Origin: Stegostoma tigrinum | Lineage: Eukaryota | DNA: 64,000 nt | Assembly: GCF_030684315.1 (NCBI RefSeq) | Contig: NC_081395.1 | Location: 7,489,310-7,553,309 of the forward strand | Direction of reading: 5' to 3' | In this document: positions 38,960-49,615 of the stretch, one piece after another | Layout: the number at the start of each line of letters is the position of its first letter | How positions within the stretch are numbered: the first letter of the stretch is position 1 | The notes under the pieces: model-generated | What the model was told of the DNA's origin: nothing | What the model saw: the letters and a program-made list of their open reading frames with translations, nothing else | Databases searched by the model: none | Program-made: the position numbers and the translations under genes

Positions 38960-41465
38960 GATCTCAGATAACTGTAAGAATAACAGGGTTGTAATTTTTA
39001 GGGGATTTTAACTTTCCAGACCAAGACTGAGACTGCTGTAGTGTTAAGGGCTGGGATGGGAAGGAATCTGTTAACTGTGTTCACAAGAAGTTTTCTTTAT
39101 CAACATGTACTTATTAGAGGAGCAAAACTTGACCTTCTCTTGGGAAGTAAGGCCAGGCAAGTGTCTGAAATGTTAGTTGGGGAGCACTCTAGGACCGGTA
39201 ATCATAATTCTATTAGTTTTAAAATAGTTATGCAAAACAATACGCCTTGTATAAAAGTTAAATATTCTAAATTGGAGTAAGGCCAATTTTGTTGGTATGG
39301 AACTTTCAAAACTTGATTGGAGTACGCTGTCCTCAGATAAAGGGACAATCGGCCAATGAGGGACTTTCAAAAGTGTGACAACAAGCGTTCAGAGGCAGTG
39401 TGCCTGTTAGAGTGAAGGGTAAGGCTGGTGGGAGTAGGGAACAATGGATGAAGAGACACTAAGGCTCTGGTCAAGAGTGCAGGTAATTGTCAGGTCTCCA
39501 CAACTTTGGTCAAGTAAATCTCTTGAAGAGTATAAGGGGAATAGGGACATTCTTAAGAGGGAAATCAGGAGTGCAAAAGGAGGTGAAACAGCTTTGGCAG
39601 GTAAGATTAAGGATAATCCATAGAGATTCGACAAATACATTAAGAACAAGTACAGAGAGAATAGGATCCCCTTAATGATCAACAAGGTCACCCATATGTG
39701 GAACCACAGATAGGAGAGTGGCTAAATGAATATTTCGCATCAGTATTTACTGTGGAGAGAGGCGTGGAAGCTCTGGAACTCTCAAAATAAACATTCATGT
39801 CTTGAAAACAGTTCACATCGCAGACGGGGAGGTGCTGGATGTCTTAAAAATATAGGGCAGGTGTCACACGATGCCAGAAGGCACCTGATGAAGGAGCAGC
39901 ACTACAAAAGCTTGTGATTTCAAGTAAACCCGTTGGATTATAACCTGGTGTTAGGGAACTTCTGACATTGTCCACCGCAGTCCAACACGGGCACCTCCAC
40001 GTCTTGAACATAAAAGTGGATAAATCTCCAGGAGCTGATCAGGTGTATCCCAGGCACCGCAGAAAGCTAGAGAAGAAACAGGTGGGCCCCTAGCAGAGTT
40101 AGGTGCTAGAAAATTGGAGGATGGCTTATTTAAGAAAGGCTGGAAGGAGTTGCCCTGAAAGCATATAGCATGAGTCTGACATCAGTACTGGGTATGTTGT
40201 TGACGGGGAATTCTCAAAGACAGGATTTACATGCGTTTGGAGGGGCAAGGGACAGTCAGCATGGCTTTGCGCATGGAGAAACGCGTCTCACGAACTTGAT
40301 TCAGCTTATTGATGATGTGACCAAGAAAACAGATGAAGGCAGAGTGGTAGACATTGTCTACATAGACTTTAGTAAAGCCTTTGACACGGTTTTGCATGGT
40401 GGAATGGTTAGTAAAGTTAGATCACGTGGGATTCAGTGAAAGCTTATCAATTGGATACAAAAATTGGCTTGGTGGTCGGAGACGGAGGGCAACGGTGGAG
40501 GATTGTTTAGGCCTGTGACCAATGATGCTCCACAGAGTTCGGGGCCCGGTCCGCTGTTATTCGTCATTTGTATAAACAATCTGGACGACAATTTAGGAAG
40601 CACGGATACAGAATTTGCAGGTGACACCGAGACTGGTGGTACAGCGGGCAGTGAAGCAGGTTATCTAAGATTACAAAGGGATCTCGATCAATTGGGCTGA
40701 GTAGTGGCAGATGGAAGTTTAATTTGGATAAACGCACAGTGTTGCATTTTGGCAAGAAGCAGAAGGCAGGACCGTACACGATACTCCAGAAGTAGCCTCT
40801 TCAATGTTAATGATAGGGCTCTGGGGAGGGTTGTCAAACAGAGGGAGCGCTCGGGGGTTCAGGAACATAGTTGGACAAAGGTGTTTGGTACACGTCATTG
40901 CTCAGACCATTGAGTGTAGGACTTGGTATGTCATGTTGCAATTGTACAGGACATTGATGGAGTATCATGTACAGGTTGCCCTGCTATAGGAAGGATATTA
41001 TTAAATCACAGAGGGTGCAGAAAAGATATACAACTACGTAACCAGGACTGGAGGGTTTGAGTTATAAGGAGAGGCTGGGATTTTTTTTTACTGGAATGTA
41101 GTAGGTTGAGCGGTGTCCTGATGAAGGTTTATTATATCATGACAGTCAGATAAAGTGACCTCAAGGGTAGGGGGAATTCAAAACTAGACAGCACATTTTT
41201 ATGGCGAGAGGAGGAAGGTTTAAAAGGAGCCTAGGGAAGCTACTTTTTTCACGCAGAGGGCAGTTCGTATGTGGAATGAGCAGCTAGAGAATGTGGCAGA
41301 CACAGGTACAGTCACAACATTTAAGTGACATTTGGACAGGTGCACAGATAGGAGAGATTTTGAGGGATATGGGCCAAACAGAAGCAAATTGGACTAGTTT
41401 AGTTTGGGAGACTTGGTCAGCACGGATGTGCTGGGTTGAAGGGCCTGTTTCCATGCTGGATGTCT
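38960..41465 (+). mobile_element. Long degenerate CR1-like LINE ORF2 remnant (endonuclease to RT to 3' end)
   Basis: GDFNF, LDLLLG, QHGF, DIVYIDFSKAFDTV, GPLLFVICINNLD and QRDLDQLG motifs in broken frames. Confidence 0.85.
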
Positions 41466-41816
41466 CCTATGGTTTGGCAGGAGTGGTGGGTGAATGGGGC
41501 AGGAGTGGTGGGTGAATGGGGCAGGGTTCAACTGTGATATGTGCAAATTTGTCCTTCTCCAAGGCAGTGAATCAGCCCATTCTGGGGCATTTCCTTCACT
41601 TTCACCTTTACCAACCACCCCCACCCCTGCCCCAAAGGGTCTGCCTGTGGTTCATGTTGTGTCCAGGGGTGCTGTTCCCCTGAGAGACTGCACACCGCTC
41701 CCTTCTCCCACATGCTCTTATGGGGAGTGTCACCACCTTATGCCCTCATCTGTCCCCGACCCTGGAGACCTACAGTGCCCAAGAAACCGGTCGCACTGCA
41801 AGAGAAATGCAAATAC

Positions 41817-41822
41817 TTTATT
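41817..41822 (-). terminator. Candidate polyadenylation signal of ZNRD2
   Basis: AATAAA on the minus strand ~1.5 kb past the stop, preceded by a U-rich tract. Confidence 0.45.
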
Positions 41823-42169
41823 AACACAAACCAAAATACAAAAAAAAACGGCATTCCTGTGGAAGTGTAGGAAAGAGGGGACTGTGTCTGGTGGCCGTGT
41901 ACAGTCGAATCAATCTCAGCACTGCTACCTCTGGGCTCAGTGCGCCATGGAACAGCGATTGGATCATAAGCTATCTCCACACAATAGTGCAACATCCAAC
42001 GGAGATGCAATCTCAGTTGGGAATCCTCATGGTACTGGCAATGGAGCTGAGCAACAATCCTCGCAATCAGTTTGACTGAAATCATTTTAAAATGTATCCA
42101 ACCTCCACGGTTCCATCTCTCAACTCCGTGGAACGATTCAGCTGGAAGCTGGGGTCAAAAGTTCCAGCA

Positions 42170-42680
42170 CTGACCTATTCCATTAGGCAAACACTCCCAG
42201 AGCAGGTAGAGCAGCGGGCTGGATAGAGAGTAAAGCCTCTCCACTCTTAAACTGCAAGGAAAGCTCTCTATACAGCGTCCCCATCAAACACTCCCAGGAG
42301 ATGTACATCATGAGGTTAGACAGGACAGGGATAGCATGGGGTTAGATACAGAGTAAAGCTCTCTCTACACTGTCCCTCACCCCTATCAAACATTCCCAGG
42401 ACAGGGACAGCACAGTGTTAGATAGAGAGTAAAGCTCCCTCTACACCGTCCCTGTCAAACACTCCCAGGACAGGGAAATCATGAAGTTAGATACAGAGTA
42501 AAGTTCTCTCTACACTGGTCTCCCTGCTATCCCCCCACCCCCCCACCCCATCAAACACTCCCAGGGCAGAGGCAGCACAGTGTTAGATACAGAGTAAAGC
42601 TCCCTCTATACTATCCCCCCCCCATCAAACACTCCCAGGGCAGGGACAGCACAGGGTTAGATACAGAGTAAAGCTCCCTA
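42170..42680 (+). repeat. ~70-bp tandem repeat (about 6-7 units) in the putative ZNRD2 3' UTR
   Basis: ccccatcaaacactcccaggacagggacagcac..gttagatacagagtaaagctccctcta repeated. Confidence 0.85.
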
Positions 42681-43303
42681 GTCAGTGAGGATTTTCATCC
42701 TTTTCTGTGTGAGCAGATGTTGAGCTCAAGCCTCAAAGGTTAACAGTATCTTATCGACCGTGGAGCCCACACCACCAGCCCCCCCAACCCCAGAACAACT
42801 GCACAAACTCTCAAAACCTCTATTCAATACCAGACAGGATTTCCTGTAACAATCCAGGACCATGGGAGGAATGCCAACCCTCCAGGAAATGTCCTACAGT
42901 TTCCAAAACACTAAAGTTTAAACGGTCTTCAAAATGAATAATTGCGAGGGGAGGTTGGGGGGAGGAGGTGGCTAACAGTTGTGTTGAGTAGTTGCAGGGA
43001 TGTTGGACAAGGGAGACGGTGAAAGGCTGTCAAACTGGGTTGGGAGATTGTCCAAATGATTATGCCTTCAGCATGAGTGAAGCTGAACCTTTATACCCCG
43101 AATTTCACTGCTATTTGCTGCATGCCACGTCTAGAGGCATCACTTGCTCTCCAAAAGTGCAAAGTCAAATTTGGCTGGAGGTCATAACAGGACATGTCTA
43201 TGGCTAGCACCCCCTGGAGTCCTAGTGTGCTACAGCACTGGCAGATTCAGGGCTCAGACAGTCGCGGCATCGACAGAGTGCCCCCTCCTGTCCCAGAGTG
43301 CAA

Positions 43304-43671
43304 CTATACCAGCCGCTTCAAGCTGTGCAGCGCGTCAGCACAGTTCCTGATCAGAAGGCAGAGCTGAGAGCTGTACTCCACAGAGGAGGCCCGCTCCAGC
43401 TCGCCGCAGGCCCACGCCAGCCTCTGCAGGACCGCCCGCTCGGCCTCCTGGCGGGCACTGGCACGAGGGGTGCCCAGGCAAGCCGGCCCTGGGGGCCTGT
43501 CACCTTCGGCCCGGGGAGGGGCTGGCTCGGGGGGCTCCAGACAAGGGGCGGGCAAAGACCTGGCTTCGAGTGAGAGTTCCGGAGTGGAGCGGGAGCAGAG
43601 TGCCTCCTCCTGGCCATTGAGGACACGTTGTCGCTCTCGAACTTGAGACAGGGCTGCCTGTGGGTTCAAAG
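43304..43671 (-). CDS. ZNRD2: ZNRD2/SSSCA1 exon 4
   Basis: Acceptor CTCGCAG|; ALNPQAALSQVRERQ...AVLQRLAWACGELERASSVEYSSQLCLLIRNCADALHSLKRLV*. Confidence 0.88.
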
Positions 43672-43917
43672 CTGCGAGATTAAAAAGGCAAAGATTAAAA
43701 TCAGAAGGTGGGAAGACGGCAGGAGTTTTGCAAACTTCACAGACGCACAAACGTGCCCTCATTTCTCACGGGCCACTAAAAGACACGCATGCATACCTAT
43801 TTTTTCTAAATCAACCTGTGCAAGGATGTTATTACACACCTTTGGAGCAGGTTGGACCTGAACCTGGGCCTCCAGGTAGGGGCACTACCACTGCACCACA
43901 AGAGGGCCCCTACTTTT

Positions 43918-43987
43918 TTCTTTGCCTGGTTTCGAACCAGGGCTGTTTCGCATGTGAAGCAAACGCGTTGACCACCACACCATCTCA
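43918..43987 (-). pseudogene. tRNA-Val(CAC)-like pseudogene
   Basis: Minus strand tggtgtggtggtcaacgcgtttgcttcacatgcgaaacagccctggttcgaaaccagg resembles vertebrate tRNA-Val; acceptor stem is degenerate. Confidence 0.6.
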
Positions 43988-45018
43988 CGGGTACATGCAC
44001 TTGTCTAGCGCCTTCCACAACCCCAGGGTGCTCCCAAATGCACTTTACACCTCACGAAGAATTTTTGAACGTGCAGTAACTATCCCCAACAAACAGCATC
44101 GAGAGGGATAAATAAAAAGGCAGACTTCCCATTCAGGATTCCGCCTCTTCCAAAAGGTGGCTTGGGAATCTTTTGCTTTCATCTGTTCCCTTCATTCTAA
44201 AGACATAGGAGTAGGCCATTCAGCCCGTCGAATCCGCTCAATACAATCATGTCTTTTACCCGTGCTATTCCCATGACCCTGTGTACCAGCGATCGATTTC
44301 TGATGGCCAATCTCTACATTAAACATCTTCAAAGAGGGGTATCTAACTGAAACTTTCAGAATACCGAATGGCCTGGACACGGTGGATGTTGGGAAGATGC
44401 TTCCATTGCTAGGAGAGACTAGGACCCAAGGGCACAGCCTTAGAGTAAAGGAACGACCTTTTAGATCGGAGATAAGGAGAAACTTCAGCCAGAGGGTGGT
44501 GAACCTATGGAATTCACAGACACAGAAGGCTGTGGAGGGCAGGTCACTGACTATATTTAAGACTGAGATAGATAGGTTCTTGATTACCAAGGGGATCAAG
44601 GGTAACGGGGAGAAAGCGGGAGAATAGGGTTGAGGAACTTACCAGCCATGATTGAATGGCAGAGCAGATTCGATGGGTTGAATGGCCTAACTTATGCTCC
44701 TATGTCTTATGGACGAGGCCTCTGTGATAGAGAATTCCAAAGATTTGTAACCCACTGAGTGAAATAATTTCTCCTCATCCAGAGAGTGGAAATCACTACC
44801 ACTGAAAGTAGTAGAGGCCAAAAACATCGTCTGATTTCAAGCAGGATGTGGATATATTCCAAACGGAAAAGCAGGAACAGATGACAGAGTTGTGTAGACA
44901 ACCATGATCATAATGGTGGAGGAAACTCGAAGGGCCGAATGTCCTACTCTTGTTCCTATTTTCTGTGTTTCTATCTCGTATTTCAGTGGCATCCCCCTCA
45001 TTATTGCATTGTCTCTCT

Positions 45019-45396
45019 GGATGTGAGTTTGCTCGCTGAGCCAGAAGGTTAGTTTTCAGACGCTTCATCACCATTCTAGGTAACATCATCAGTGAGCCTC
45101 CGACGAAGCGCTGGTGTTATGTCCCACTTTCTATTTATCTGGTTAGGTTTCCTTGGGTTGGTGATGTCATTTCCTGCATTGGTGATGTCATTTCCTGTGT
45201 TGGTGAGGAAATGACATCACCAACCCAAGGAAACCTAACCAGATAAATAGAAAGCGGGACATAACACCAGCGCTTCGTCGGAGGCTCACTGATGATGTTA
45301 CCTAGAATGGTGACGAAACATCTGAAAACTAACCTTCCAGCTCAGCGAGCAAACCACATCCAGAACCTCAACCTGAGCTACAAATCTTCTCAAAAC
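45019..45396. mobile_element. Near-perfect palindromic element (family C) with a hammerhead core in each arm and a 15-bp TSD
   Basis: ~160-bp inverted arms; ttgcattgtctctct at 45004-45018 and 45397-45411; CTGATGA-T-GTTACC-tagaat-GGTGAC-GAAA-CA-TC at 45289-45322. Confidence 0.8.
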
Positions 45397-46547
45397 TTGC
45401 ATTGTCTCTCTCTGGACTCCTCAAACATCGCACTTCATCTACCCTGTTTATATCTCTTTAAATATTTTGTAAGTTTCAATGGGAAATCCCATTCTTTACA
45501 ATTCTCGTGAGTACAGACCCAGTCTCACTTCATAGCGCAGAGATGATGGGAACTGCAGATGCTGGAGAATCCGAGCTAACAAAGCACGGAGCTGGATGAA
45601 CACAGCAGGCCGAGCAGCATCGCTCCTAAGATGCTGCTCGGCCTGCTGTGTTCATCCAGCTCCACACTTTGTGCTACGTAGAAAGGTAACAATCTCTCTA
45701 TCCTGGGAACAAGGCAGGTGAACCTGCATACGCTCCCTCTGTGGCGATTATATCTTTCCTGGAATAAGGAGAACCAGGACTGCTCTCAGTTCTCCAGGTA
45801 TGGCCCAACCAACCAATTTGACAAAAGCAACAGCTGCACATCATTGGAATCAGGCACCTGTGACAGAGCTGCACTTCCTGAGTACTGGCACCAGGAGTGT
45901 CATGTTAGTCTTGAATCTTTTGCTCCTGGTGTGAGTCTTGACCTTACAACTTTGTGACTAGAGGGACACGCCACTCCTCCCTAACAGTTACAGAGCGGAA
46001 CAAAAGCAGAAATTGCTGGAAAAGCTCAGCAGGTGCGGCAGCATCTGCAAAGAAAAAAAAATCTGAGTTAACGTGCCCGGTGACCCTTCGTCAGAACTTC
46101 TCGGTCACTGGGCCAGAAACGTTAACTCTCGAATTTTTTTTTTCTCCACAGATGCTGCCGGGCCCCACTGAGCTTTTCCAGCAACTTGTTCCTGATTTGC
46201 AGCATTCAGAGCTCTTTCAGTGTTACGGAGCAGAACAGTTACAGTCTATGCAAAGGAGGCGATCATAAAATTAACTCAGAGATAGCAAGAACTGCCGATG
46301 TTGGAGTCAGAAACAATAGAGCGTGGAGAGGGAGGAACACAGCAGGGTCAGACAGCACTGGAGGAGCAGGAAAGTCGACGTTTCAGGTCGGGACTCTTCT
46401 TCAAGGCTGACGAGTCCTGATCAAGGGTGTAAACCTGAACTATCAATTTTCCTGCTCCTCCGACGCTGCCTGCCCTGTGTGTCTCCAGCTCCACACTGTG
46501 TTGACTCTGATTTTAAAATCAAAAGTCTGACACTTCAGTCCTTTCAC

Positions 46548-46632
46548 CTGGGTTATCTTTGTCCACGTCAGAATCCAGCTCCTGACAGGCAACGCAGTAG
46601 TTCTTCTGCTTCTTGTCTTGAAGGAGGACAGT
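46548..46632 (-). CDS. ZNRD2: ZNRD2/SSSCA1 exon 3 (second CxxC of the zinc ribbon)
   Basis: CCCTGACAG| TVLLQDKKQKNYCVACQELDSDVDKDNP G|GTGAAA; 85 nt, phases 0/1 fit the neighbouring exons. Confidence 0.9.
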
Positions 46633-46765
46633 CTGTCAGGGAGAACAACGGAGGGGAGGTCAACCCTCCAGCCCGAAGCAGCAACTGACCGCCACCCCCT
46701 CCCCACCCATGGCCTGCATTTCTGGAAGTACCACAACAGAACACCGGCTGGGTAACCAAAAATAT

Positions 46766-46975
46766 TTTGGGGATAGTGGGAACTGCCGATGCTGGGGAAT
46801 CTGACATAACAAGGTGTGGAGCAGGATGAACACTGCGGGACAAGCAGCATCAGAGGCGCAGGAAGGCTGACGTTTCGGGCCTAGACTCTTCTCTTTTTTC
46901 TGAAGAAGGGTCCAGACCTGAAACGTCAGCTTTCCTGCTCGCCCTGCAGTGTTCATCCAGCTCTATGCCTTGTTA
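46766..46975. mobile_element. Palindromic family A element with 12-bp TSD
   Basis: aaccaaaaatat at 46754-46765 and 46976-46987; CTGAAGA-AGGGTCCAGACCT-GAAACGTC at ~46900-46928. Confidence 0.7.
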
Positions 46976-47454
46976 AACCAAAAATATATACTTTTTGTTT
47001 TCACCAGATGGGGACTGGCATGAGATGTGAGGCCTCCTTGAATCAAACTGCCAGTTGGTGTTCCTGAGACACTATTGTTTTATTTTGTTTCTGGGGTGAG
47101 GGGGGTGGGGGGAGAAACCTGTCTCCAATTACTGAGCAGCTTCCTAGGTCCAGTGCATTGGACAGTTAAGTTAAGGAACTACATTGCTGAGGATCCAGAG
47201 TCAAACACAGGCCAGACCAGACAGCACATTTCCGTCCTTAAAAGTTGTCAGTGCCTCAGATTGATTTTACAACAATTGATAATAGTTGACAGCAACCATT
47301 AGCGCGGGTAGCTTTGTATTCGAGAATTTTCCACTGGCTGGATTTACGTTCCACTGTCATGCTGAGATTTGAATGCCAACACCTACTCAAACGTCACAGA
47401 GAAGGGGGCTGCAGGGTATAACAGCTGATGATCAACAGTACAGGCGTGCGTCAC

Positions 47455-48460
47455 AGAGGAGCCGTTTTGGACTGGAGGCCTGCGATCAGTGGTGTGCCAT
47501 ACACGGATCAGTGCTAGGTCCACTGCTTTTTGTCACTTACATAGGAGGGATGGTTAATAAGTTTGCAGATGATGCCGAAATTGGTGTTGTAGTGGGCAGC
47601 GGAGCTGGTTAGCTCAGAGTACAAACGGGACCTCGATCAGATTAGTCAAGGAGCGGCTGTTGGAGCTTAATCTAGATAAATGTGAGGTGCTGCATTCTGG
47701 AAAGGCAAATCAGGGCAGGACTTTATACACTTAGTGGTGAGGTCCTGGGGAAGACCTGCCTAGCAAAGGGATCTTGTGGTGCAGGTTCATAGTTCCTTGA
47801 AAGTGGAGTCACAGGTGGACCAGGGTGGTAAAGGCAGCATCTGGTACGCTTGCTTTTATTGGTTAGTGCACTGAGGAGTTGGGAGGGTCATGTTGTGGCT
47901 ATACAGGACATTGGTTAGGGCCACTTTTGCGATACTGCATTCAATTCTGTTCTCCCTGCTCTAGGAAAGTTGTTGTGAAACTTGAAAGGGTTCAGAAAAG
48001 ATTTACGAGGATGTTGCCAGGGTTGGAGGGTTTGAGCTACAGGGAGAGGCTGAATAGGCTGGGGCTATTTTCCCTGGAGCGTAGGAGGCTGAGGGGTGAC
48101 CTTATAGAGGTTTATAAAATCATGACGAGTATGGATAGGGTGAATAGTCAAGGTCTTTTCCCCACCGTAGGGGAGTCCAAAACTAGAAGGGCATAGGTTT
48201 AAGGTGAGAGGGGAAAGATTTAAAAGGGACCTAAGGAGTGACTTTTTCACACAGAGGGTGGTGCGTGTATGGAATGAGCTGCCAGGGGAAGTGGTGGGGG
48301 CTGGTACAGTTACAGCATTTAAAAAGCCAATGGGTACATGAATTGGAAGGGTTTAGAGGAAAATGGGCCAAATGCCGGCAAATGGGACTAGATTAATGTA
48401 GGATATCTGGTTGGCATGGCATGGTTGGGTCTGTTTCTGTACTGTATAGCTTTATGACTA
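47455..48460 (+). mobile_element. CR1-like LINE RT and 3' fragment
   Basis: GSVLGPLLF, KFADD, ERVQKRFTRMLPGLEGLSYRERL motifs. Confidence 0.85.
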
Positions 48461-48765
48461 TGAGTCACTCCCTCAATCACAAGATGAGATGGGAAGGACT
48501 GGAGAGTTTGAGCTGGTTGTATGGGTAGGGAGGGTCCATTTTCTTAGAGAGAAGCAAGTGAAGCTGGGGCTAGGAGGCATGGAGATTTTGGGACTCCAAC
48601 TCATGACTATTCAGGTCAGCAAGGCACCAGGGCTATACAAAGGTCCGGCTGCTGCTGGCTTACAAGCTTCTGCAAACGTGCAGCAAACACTGCTGTCCAC
48701 CCTACCTCCTAGTCACTCTCTGTAACCATATACAGTGTTTATTCAGCATTGTGGCCAATACTCAC

Positions 48766-48917
48766 TCCACACTCCTGACAACTGTCTGCCAGCATCTTGT
48801 AGCCTTTCAATAAGTAATCCCCCATCAGCTTGGTGATCTTGTCCTGGTGCTCCCGACGGGCCTGAATCACCTTCATCTCCGCCTCAGATGGGGGCGTCCA
48901 CGTAAACTCCTCATCAC
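48766..48917 (-). CDS. ZNRD2: ZNRD2/SSSCA1 exon 2
   Basis: TGCAG| (G)DEEFTWTPPSEAEMKVIQARREHQDKITKLMGDYLLKGYKMLADSCQECG |GTGAGT. Confidence 0.92.
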
Positions 48918-49615
48918 CTGCACACAAACAGCCAACACCAACATTACAAGCCCATGCCATCTTCCTGCTCCAATGCGTCAGGAAGATGCAGCACCCCATC
49001 CTGACGCTTCGTGGAAGGAGTGTTTACCCTATCGCACTCACCCCTCATCTCTGTCTTCCACCTGCAATCTCCCTCCGTTGTCCTTCACCTCCCCAGTGGC
49101 TCCATTCTAATTCTCCCTCTCATGCCCATTCTCTTTCTCTCTTTTTCTCATTATTACCTGTCTCAAGCCCCCAACTTCCTTTTCTCCTCCCCGTCCCGTG
49201 CCCATTACACTCGGTTTCTCTTCTTCCCTATTAGTCTCTCCTTAGCCCATAACCATCTCTCTCTAGCCCACAAGTGTCTTTCCCACTCTCTCTCTCCCAC
49301 CCAGTCTCTCTCCCACCCCTTACACATTACTCTCCCACTTACCCAGATCCTCTCTCTTGCCTTCTTTTGCCCATTGCCTCTCTTTCTCTCTCTCCCCCCC
49401 TCCCCCAACCTGGCCCATGACATTCTCTCCCACATCCTTTCTCTCTCTATCCTCCCTTGCCTCAGTCTCTCTTTCACCAAACAAACTATAATTGAAGAAC
49501 TGCTAAAGCTGGAAATCTATTACAAAAACGGAAAATAACTGGAGAAGGGTCCCTGGCCCTAAAACACTAAGATGCTGCCTGACCTGCTGAGTTTCTCCAG
49601 AAATTTCTGTATTTG

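Noticed and set aside
38960-41465. Active or domesticated reverse transcriptase
   Set aside because: Multiple stops, frameshifts and a nested insertion; the catalytic motif is degraded (FAGD).
43918-43987. Functional tRNA-Val gene
   Set aside because: Acceptor stem does not pair and several positions are mutated; kept only as a pseudogene.
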